From Betaproteobacteria bacterium (GTDB lineage: Bacteria; Pseudomonadota; Gammaproteobacteria; Burkholderiales; SG8-41): a DNA stretch of 64,000 nucleotides. This document shows positions 57,780 through 64,000 of the stretch, piece after piece. Numbering within the stretch: position 1 is the stretch's first letter; every line of letters begins with the position of its first letter. The notes below the pieces were generated by a model. The model was given only the letters and a program-made list of their open reading frames with translations, made no database searches and was not told the DNA's origin. The position numbers were made by a program, and so were the translations under genes. The stretch lies in the NCBI GenBank assembly GCA_021732605.1, contig JAKFUS010000021.1, positions 10,186 to 74,185 on the forward strand, written 5' to 3'.

Positions 57780-58720
57780 GCGCGCCGCAATGGCAAGCCC
57801 GCCAGTTTCATTACCTGTCCGCTGACAGCCACGTCCATCCTTTCCTGGTCGATCTGTGGGAGGAAGTCCGGCAGGCCACGGACGGTCGTTTCAGCGCAAC
57901 CGTCACCGCCAGCAATGCCGGTTTGCCCGGCTCGCATCTGGCCATTGTCGATCTGCTGATCACCGGTGAGATCGAGTTCTATGTGCTGATGGGCGGCATA
58001 CTCGGTCCGCTGGTGCCGGCGATGGAAATCCAGGGACTGCCCTTTGCTTTCAGCGACCACGCGCAGGTGCACGCGACACTTGACGGCCCGCTGGGTCACT
58101 ATCTGCGTCGCGAACTTGCGGCCAAAGGCATCCATGCCCTGCCCTACGGCTTGCTGGAAAACGGTTTCCGCCACATCTCCACCACAGACCGGCCGATCAC
58201 CAAAGTCGAAGATCTCGAAGGACTGCGCATCCGCATCCCCGAGGGCAAGATGTTTGCCGATGCGTTTTCCAGCCTCGGCGCGGTACCGGTCGAAGTCAAT
58301 GTATTGAAACTGTACCCGGCGCTGCAGAACCATGAAATCGACGCCCAGGAGAATCCGCTGTCGATCACCGAAGCGCTGCGTTTGCATGAAGTCACCAAGC
58401 ACATCGCACTGACCAGTCACATGTGGTCGGGATTCAACCTGATCGCGAGCCAGCGTTTCTGGAACACGCTGCCCGCCGATGTGCAGCAGATCATCGAGCG
58501 TGTCGCGCGCAAGCATGTGGCACGACAGCGCGCGCATACCGATGCGCTGAACCGCGCGCTGGAATCGAAAATCACCGGCTGGGGCATGACCGCTACTGCT
58601 GTAGACCGCAGCGCATTCAGGGAGCGCCTGCAAGCCGCCGGCTTCTACCGGCGCTGGCGCGAAAGCACCGGCGCCAAGGCCTGGGGTTTGCTCGAGGACA
58701 GCATCGGCAAAATATCGTGA
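57776..58720 (+). CDS. DctP-family (TRAP-type) solute-binding protein homolog without a recognisable signal peptide
   Basis: 314 aa with a DctP-like pattern throughout. Its ATG overlaps the VOC gene stop (ATGA). No DctQ/DctM genes are in the window. Confidence 0.65.
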   Translation: MSAPQWQARQFHYLSADSHVHPFLVDLWEEVRQATDGRFSATVTASNAGLPGSHLAIVDLLITGEIEFYVLMGGILGPLVPAMEIQGLPFAFSDHAQVHATLDGPLGHYLRRELAAKGIHALPYGLLENGFRHISTTDRPITKVEDLEGLRIRIPEGKMFADAFSSLGAVPVEVNVLKLYPALQNHEIDAQENPLSITEALRLHEVTKHIALTSHMWSGFNLIASQRFWNTLPADVQQIIERVARKHVARQRAHTDALNRALESKITGWGMTATAVDRSAFRERLQAAGFYRRWRESTGAKAWGLLEDSIGKIS

Positions 58721-58740
58721 GTGATCACGATGCCAAAGTT

Positions 58741-58772
58741 ATATAAGTATTTGATTTTATTAATAATTAAAT
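58741..58772 (+). repeat. AT-rich recurrent element, copy E (variant)
   Basis: atataagtatttgattttattaataattaaat: one T-to-A change in the core. It lies directly upstream of a terminator hairpin. Confidence 0.7.
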
Positions 58773-58802
58773 AAAAAAGCCCGGGCAAGCCCGGGCTTTT
58801 TT
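58773..58802. terminator. Bidirectional rho-independent terminator
   Basis: aaaaaa-gcccggg-caa-gcccggg-c-tttttt: a GC stem flanked by an A-run and a T-run, between convergent genes. Confidence 0.75.
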
Positions 58803-58816
58803 AATGCCTTGTTACA

Positions 58817-59062
58817 TCACTTCTTGGCAGTCGTGGTGGGCTTGGCCCCGCCTTTTTGTTTTTTGTAACGATCCGCCACCCGGTCCTGCGCCTTGCCGAG
58901 TTCATCGGCATCTTTTTTAGCGGTATCTGCCGCTTTTTTCTTGGCTTCTTCGGCCTTGACCGGATCCACCGGCGGCGGCGCCGGCAGCTTCGCCGAAGCC
59001 ATCCCCACCGCGCCGCATACGATTAATGCCGGAATTATTTTCCAAAGTTTTGGCGCGTTCAT
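58817..59062 (-). CDS. Small secreted Lys/Ala-rich protein, last gene of the formate dehydrogenase operon
   Basis: The ATG at 59062 overlaps the gamma-subunit stop (ATGA). It has a signal peptide (..GMASA) and a low-complexity charged tail. Confidence 0.45.
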   Translation of the reverse strand: MNAPKLWKIIPALIVCGAVGMASAKLPAPPPVDPVKAEEAKKKAADTAKKDADELGKAQDRVADRYKKQKGGAKPTTTAKK

Positions 59063-60105
59063 GCTTTCCACCCCTCCTTCAAAGCTGCTGCCGCAACAGG
59101 GCTTGCCACCCCGCCGCCGCCTTTGTTGTTGGCCAACGTATCCTGGTACCAGAATTCATGATGCTCCTTGGCCCAGGCTTCGTCCACATAACCGGTGCGC
59201 ATGGCTTCGTAGGCGCCTTCAGTGCCTATGGTGCCGATATAGATATGGCCAAGAGACAGAGTCATGAAGACGACAGCGGCGATCGCATGGATCACGTTCG
59301 CTTGCTGCATTAACGCCCGCCCCTGCTCAAAGTTCGGAAAATTCAGCACGAATCCGGTGACGCTGACCACGATGCCGAGCAAGGTTACACCGCCCCAGAA
59401 CCAAGCCTTTTCGCCGGCGTTAAAACGTCCCGACGGAACATGTTTGCCGCTGAACAATCCGCCCGCCTTGCTGATCCACTGCAAGTCATACAACTTCGGC
59501 AGGTTGTCTTTGACGAAGGTGATAAACATCAGGATGGTGCAGAACGCGAACACCGGGCCGACGAAGTTATGGATGTTCTTGGCCAGTATCGCGAGCCATG
59601 CAAACAACGTGTAACCAAAAATCGGCAGCAGAATGTGTTTGCCGAACAGGATGATGATGCCGGTCACTGCCAGCAGTACGAAACTGATTGCCACCGACCA
59701 ATGCACCATGCGATCCCATGAGCCGAAGCGCAACAGTTGGCGTCCCGTCTGTTTTTCATGAAGCTTGATCGGGCCGCGCCACCAGTAAAACGCACCGATC
59801 AGCGCCATCACCGCAACGATCAGCCAGCCGCCATAAATGGTGATTACGCCGTTGCGCAGCTGGCGCCAGGTTTCACCGGCCGGCTGCATCAGCACGCTGG
59901 ATTCGACGCCACGCACCTGCGTGGTCTGGTACGGGTTATCGCCGCCGCGAACATCACTCCAGAACGGCTGGTTATTGCCCGGCTGGGTCCGCTGCTGTGC
60001 GGCCTGCTCTTTGGCCGAGCCAGGCTCAGCCGCCACCACTGGCAATGAAAACAAACCGCAGGCGAGTATTGCCGCTACCAGCCATTGCTTCAGACGAACC
60101 TGCAT
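59059..60105 (-). CDS. Formate dehydrogenase gamma (cytochrome b) subunit
   Basis: ATG at 60105 with RBS aaaaggag. A signal-like N-terminus is followed by a 4-TM cytochrome-b core with conserved His residues (MVHWS.., NIHNF.., HIYIG). Confidence 0.85.
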   Translation of the reverse strand: MQVRLKQWLVAAILACGLFSLPVVAAEPGSAKEQAAQQRTQPGNNQPFWSDVRGGDNPYQTTQVRGVESSVLMQPAGETWRQLRNGVITIYGGWLIVAVMALIGAFYWWRGPIKLHEKQTGRQLLRFGSWDRMVHWSVAISFVLLAVTGIIILFGKHILLPIFGYTLFAWLAILAKNIHNFVGPVFAFCTILMFITFVKDNLPKLYDLQWISKAGGLFSGKHVPSGRFNAGEKAWFWGGVTLLGIVVSVTGFVLNFPNFEQGRALMQQANVIHAIAAVVFMTLSLGHIYIGTIGTEGAYEAMRTGYVDEAWAKEHHEFWYQDTLANNKGGGGVASPVAAAALKEGWKA

Positions 60106-60118
60106 GGCTACTCCTTTT

Positions 60119-60343
60119 CTAGTTGCCAGCAACGCGCGCGTATTCGTTCTGGTTGCCGTTGCGGGCCTTGATGGCCTTTTCCCAGGCCACCTGGTCACCC
60201 TTGAACTGGGCATTGTCCCAGGGCTGCTTGTCGGGTTTGCCCTGATACTGGCCCTGTTTGTACACGGTCACCGGCTGCTTCTCGCCGCAACCAGCCAGCA
60301 ACACCAGACTTCCGATCAGCGCTGCAAGCAGTATCCGCGTCAT
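60119..60343 (-). CDS. Small lipoprotein encoded between the FDH beta and gamma genes
   Basis: 74 aa with lipobox LLAGC. It overlaps the beta-subunit stop by 4 nt. Confidence 0.5.
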   Translation of the reverse strand: MTRILLAALIGSLVLLAGCGEKQPVTVYKQGQYQGKPDKQPWDNAQFKGDQVAWEKAIKARNGNQNEYARVAGN

Positions 60344-60963
60344 GATTTGGCCCCGGTCGGCGGCGTCGCGCCTTTCTCGGGTTTGCCGTACGCGGTGCCC
60401 CAGCCCCAGACCTCCGAGCCCTTGCCGCGTTTCAGCACGCGATTGCGGTAAATGTCCGCCACCACGTCGCCATCACCGCCGAGCAAGGCCTTGGTCGAGC
60501 ACATCTCGGCACAGGCCGGGAGTTTGCCTTCCGCCAGGCGGTTACGGCCGTATTTCTTGAACTCGGCTGCTGAATTGTCGTCTTCGGGACCACCGGCGCA
60601 GAACGTGCACTTGTCCATTTTGCCGCGCAGGCCGAACGCGCCGTCCTGCGGGAACTGCGGCGCGCCGAAGGGGCAGGCATAGAAGCAGTAACCGCAGCCG
60701 ATGCAGAGATCCTTGTCGTGCAGGACCACGCCTTCAGCCGTTTTGTAAAAGCAATCCACCGGGCACACCGCCATGCACGGCGCGTCCGAGCAGTGCATGC
60801 AGGCGACCGAAATTGACTTCTCGCCGGGCAAGCCGTCGTTCAGGGTCACCACCCGTCGGCGGTTCACGCCCCAAGGCACTTCGTGCTCCTGCTTGCAGGC
60901 GGTTACGCAGCCGTTGCATTCGATACAGCGTTCGGCGTCACACAGGAATTTCATTCTGGCCAT
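60340..60963 (-). CDS. Formate dehydrogenase beta (4Fe-4S ferredoxin-type) subunit
   Basis: 207 aa with four Cys clusters (CIECNGCVTAC, CMHCSDAPC, CIGCGYCFYAC, CTFC). Confidence 0.9.
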   Translation of the reverse strand: MARMKFLCDAERCIECNGCVTACKQEHEVPWGVNRRRVVTLNDGLPGEKSISVACMHCSDAPCMAVCPVDCFYKTAEGVVLHDKDLCIGCGYCFYACPFGAPQFPQDGAFGLRGKMDKCTFCAGGPEDDNSAAEFKKYGRNRLAEGKLPACAEMCSTKALLGGDGDVVADIYRNRVLKRGKGSEVWGWGTAYGKPEKGATPPTGAKS

Positions 60964-60990
60964 ACAGTTCTCCTCGCGAGTATCGGGTCG

Positions 60991-63927
60991 TTATGCCTTG
61001 GACACCTGGCACAGCGTGGTCTTGGATTCCTGCATCATGGTCACAATGTCGTAACCATAAGTAGTCGCCGTGTTGACCGCCTCGCCGCGCACGATCGGGG
61101 CAGCACCTTCCGGGTAATACTTCTTCATGTCCTCGCCCATCCACCAGCCGGCGAAATGGAACGGCAGGAACACGGTGCCGGGGCCCACGCGTTCGGTGAC
61201 CAGCGTTTTGACCTTGAGCCGCGCCTTGGTCGGCGATTCAACCCAGACGTACTCGTTGTTGCGCACGCCGCGGTCGTTCGCGTCCTTGGGATTGATCTCG
61301 ACGAACATTTCCTGCTGCAATTCCGCCAGCCAGGGGTTGGATCGTGTCTCGTCACCGCCACCCTCGTACTCCACCAGGCGGCCGCTGGTCATCGTCAACG
61401 GATACATCTTGCCGGCATCCTTGTTCGCCTGTTGCACCGTCTTGAACAACACCGGCACGCGCCAGCGGTTCTTCTGGTCGTCGTGGGTCGGATATTTGTC
61501 GACAAGATCGGCGCGCGGGCTATACAGTGGTTCGCGGTGCAGCGGCACCGAATCCGGGAAATTCCACACCACCGCACGCGCCTTGGCGTTGCCGAAGGGA
61601 TGGCAACCGTGCTCCTTCATGAACACGCGGATCATGCCGCCCGAGGAATCGGTCTTCCAGTTTTTGCCTTCGGCTGCCTTTTTCTCGTCTTCGGTGAGTT
61701 CGTCCCACCAGCCGAGTTTTTTCAGCAGCACATGGTCGAGTTCCGGATAACCCGTGGTGAGATCGGCGCCTTTGGAATGCGAGCCGTCCTCAGCAAGCAG
61801 GCTGACACCATCCCGTTCCACGCCAAAGTTGGCGCGGAAATTGCCGCCGCCATCCATCATGTGCTTCGAAGTGTCGTAGAGATTGGGCGAACCCGGATGC
61901 TTGATCGCCGCAGTGCCGAAACACGGCCACGGCAGGCCAAAATAATCGCCGTCGAGCACATAACCGGTCTTGGCATCCTTGCCACCCTTGGCGCGCAGGG
62001 TCTTGATGTCGAAGACATGCATGTTGCGCATGTGAGCCTGCAGGCGTTCCGGCGACTGGCCGGTATAACCGATGGTCCACACGCCGCGATTGATTTCGCG
62101 CAGCGTGTCTTCCATGTCCGGCTCGTCCATGCCGGCCTTGCCCTTGCTCAGCTTGATCTTAGCGGTGAACTCTTTGGCAAAACCGAATTTCTGCGCCAAC
62201 TGGTACATGATCATGTGGTCGGTGCGCGACTCGAACATCGGCTCGATCACCTTCTCCCGCCACTGCAGCGAACGATTCGACGCAGTGGCCGAACCCGCAC
62301 ATTCCAACTGCGTGGCCGCCGGCAGCAAGTACACATTGTCCTTGCGCACCATCGCCGCCATCGCCGCGGTAGCCGACGGATAGGGATCGATGACCACCAT
62401 CAGCTCGAGCTTTTTCATGGCATCGACCATTTCCTTGCCGCGGGTCTGGCTGTTCGGTGCATGGCCCCAGAACACCACCGCCTTCAGATTACTGTCCTGG
62501 TCGATCAGTTCGTTTTTCTCAAGCACCGCGTCCGCCCAGCGCGACACGGTCAAGCCCGGCTTGGTCATCATCCCCGGGTTCGCGAACTGCTTTTTGATCC
62601 ATTCGAAATCGACACCCCAGACATTGGCAAAGTGTTTCCACGAGCCTTCGGCGATGCCGTAATAGCCCGGCAACGAATCCGGATTCGGACCGACGTCAGT
62701 GGCGCCCTGCACGTTGTCGTGGCCGCGATAGATGTTGCAGCCACCGCCCGAAACGCCGACATTGCCCAGCGCCAGTTGCAGAATGCAGGAGGCGCGCACG
62801 ATGGCATTGCCGTTGGTGTGCTGGGTCTGACCCATCGCCCACACAATGGTGCTGGGCTTGTTCTTGCTCATTTGTTCGGCAACGTCGCGGACTTCGGCTT
62901 CCTTCATGCCGGTGACTTCTTCGACCTTGTCCGGCGTCCACTTGGCAGCCTCTTCCCGCACCTTGTCCATGCCGTAAACGCGGGCTTTGATGTAATCCTT
63001 GTCTTCCCAGCCGTTCTTGAAAATGTGATGCAGCATGCCCATCAGGAACGCGACATCAGCGCCGGAACGGATGCGGTAATAGGTGTCGGCCTTGGCAGCG
63101 GTCCGCGTAAAGCGCGGATCGACGACGATGACCTTGGCGCCGTTTTCCTTGGCATGCAGCGTGTGCAGCATCGACACCGGATGCGCTTCCGCGGCATTGC
63201 TGCCGAAAAACAGAATGCACTTCGAATTCTGTTCGTCGTTGTAGGAGTTGGTCATCGCACCATAACCCCAGGTATTCGCCACACCGGCGACCGTGGTGGA
63301 GTGGCAGATGCGCGCCTGGTGATCCATGTTGTTGGTGCCGAAGAACGACACAAACTTGCGCAGCAGGTAGGCCTGCTCGTTATTGTGTTTGCTGGAGCCG
63401 ATCCAGAAGGTCGCGTCCGCGCCGGACTCCTTCTTGATCTTCAACATCTTGTCGCTGACTTCAGCAAGCGCCACATCCCAGGAAATCTTTTCCCATTTGC
63501 CACCAACCAGTTTCATCGGCGTGCGCAGGCGATGCGAAATCTCGTGCATGCCGTGTTCGCGAATAGACGCGCCTTTTGCACAGTGCGCACCGAGGTTGAT
63601 CGGCGAATCGAATACCGGTTCCTGGCGGATCCACACGCCGTTCTGCACCACGGCATCAATCGCGCAACCCACCGAACAGTGGGTGCAGATCGTGCGTTTG
63701 ACCTCGATGTTGCCTGCTGGCGCCTTGTCCGCGGCCTCTGCTTTGCGCATCATCGAAAACGGCAATTGCGACAGCGCCGCGGCGCCACCGGCGGCCAAGC
63801 CGCTGCGGCGCAGGAAAGTCCGGCGGTCGATGGTATTGCCGACGAATGCGGACGCGCCGCGCGTCAGCCGGCTGGGGGAAGGATTTTGGGAAGAAGCAGC
63901 CTGCGTGGATTTACGGGTCAGTATCAT
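60991..63927 (-). CDS. Formate dehydrogenase alpha (molybdopterin) subunit, Tat-exported, Cys-type active site
   Basis: 978 aa. It has a Tat motif DRRTFLR and an N-terminal Fe-S motif CTHCSVGC. HQARICHSTTV aligns with E. coli FdnG QARVUHGPTV, with Cys (TGC at 63304-63306) in place of Sec. Confidence 0.95.
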   Translation of the reverse strand: MILTRKSTQAASSQNPSPSRLTRGASAFVGNTIDRRTFLRRSGLAAGGAAALSQLPFSMMRKAEAADKAPAGNIEVKRTICTHCSVGCAIDAVVQNGVWIRQEPVFDSPINLGAHCAKGASIREHGMHEISHRLRTPMKLVGGKWEKISWDVALAEVSDKMLKIKKESGADATFWIGSSKHNNEQAYLLRKFVSFFGTNNMDHQARICHSTTVAGVANTWGYGAMTNSYNDEQNSKCILFFGSNAAEAHPVSMLHTLHAKENGAKVIVVDPRFTRTAAKADTYYRIRSGADVAFLMGMLHHIFKNGWEDKDYIKARVYGMDKVREEAAKWTPDKVEEVTGMKEAEVRDVAEQMSKNKPSTIVWAMGQTQHTNGNAIVRASCILQLALGNVGVSGGGCNIYRGHDNVQGATDVGPNPDSLPGYYGIAEGSWKHFANVWGVDFEWIKKQFANPGMMTKPGLTVSRWADAVLEKNELIDQDSNLKAVVFWGHAPNSQTRGKEMVDAMKKLELMVVIDPYPSATAAMAAMVRKDNVYLLPAATQLECAGSATASNRSLQWREKVIEPMFESRTDHMIMYQLAQKFGFAKEFTAKIKLSKGKAGMDEPDMEDTLREINRGVWTIGYTGQSPERLQAHMRNMHVFDIKTLRAKGGKDAKTGYVLDGDYFGLPWPCFGTAAIKHPGSPNLYDTSKHMMDGGGNFRANFGVERDGVSLLAEDGSHSKGADLTTGYPELDHVLLKKLGWWDELTEDEKKAAEGKNWKTDSSGGMIRVFMKEHGCHPFGNAKARAVVWNFPDSVPLHREPLYSPRADLVDKYPTHDDQKNRWRVPVLFKTVQQANKDAGKMYPLTMTSGRLVEYEGGGDETRSNPWLAELQQEMFVEINPKDANDRGVRNNEYVWVESPTKARLKVKTLVTERVGPGTVFLPFHFAGWWMGEDMKKYYPEGAAPIVRGEAVNTATTYGYDIVTMMQESKTTLCQVSKA

Positions 63928-63939
63928 TTTGCCTCCTCC

Positions 63940-64000
63940 TTAAACCTTGGTAGTTTCGTAGTAACGGCGCACATGCGCCGTCTCCTGATAACCCTTGCCC
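63940..64000 (-). CDS. 3' end of a small ORF upstream of the FDH alpha gene (possibly the FDH-region Tat-target protein), truncated by the window edge
   Basis: The partial C-terminus ..GKGYQETAHVRRYYETTKV* ends 13 nt before the alpha-subunit RBS. Only 19 codons are visible. Confidence 0.35.
   Translation of the reverse strand, partial: GKGYQETAHVRRYYETTKV

Noticed and set aside
60991-63927. Expected an in-frame TGA (selenocysteine) in the formate dehydrogenase alpha subunit.
   Set aside because: The ORF is continuous over 978 codons, and the aligned active-site codon is TGC (Cys).

Overview
This is a GC-rich chromosomal segment. It looks betaproteobacterial, judging from four Bug/TctC-type binding proteins and an XrtA/PEP-CTERM locus, but I cannot verify the taxon here. 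All calls rest on reading the ORF translations and the DNA by eye; no searches were run.

I see five blocks:
1. 1-9.8 kb: an uncharacterised oxidative/catabolic cluster. It holds three Gfo/Idh/MocA oxidoreductases, an LLM flavin oxidoreductase, an HsaA/C2-type two-component monooxygenase with its flavin reductase, three orphan Bug binding proteins, and an AhpD/CMD-family gene interrupted by one in-frame TGA.
2. 10-14 kb: katG, nhaA and a frameshifted IS3-family transposase remnant.
3. 14.1-41.6 kb: a complete exosortase (XrtA)/PEP-CTERM exopolysaccharide locus. It contains a visibly lower-GC glycan-synthesis cassette, two PEP-CTERM substrate genes, a PilZ gene and a LuxR-type two-component system.
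4. 42-55 kb: ugd and galU, then a long minus-strand Mo/W operon (tupBCA, a BtuCD/MolBC-type importer, modABC, mobB, moaD, moaE, DUF1289). A ModE-N/PBP fusion regulator and moeA follow on the plus strand.
5. 55-64 kb: another Gfo-Bug-VOC-DctP module and a Cys-type, Tat-exported formate dehydrogenase operon.

Most notable observations:
- The TGA in the AhpD-like gene sits at the CxxC redox position and is followed by a GGUC-loop hairpin, making it a candidate selenoprotein.
- An AT-rich element of about 30 nt, with a conserved 21-nt core, recurs 6-7 times in this GC-rich window. One copy encodes the ModA signal peptide.
- A type-II ABC importer with no binding protein of its own is wedged between tupA and modA.
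- A 13-nt tandem repeat array lies between modC and mobB.
- Heptamer arrays that form a 15-bp hairpin flank moeA.
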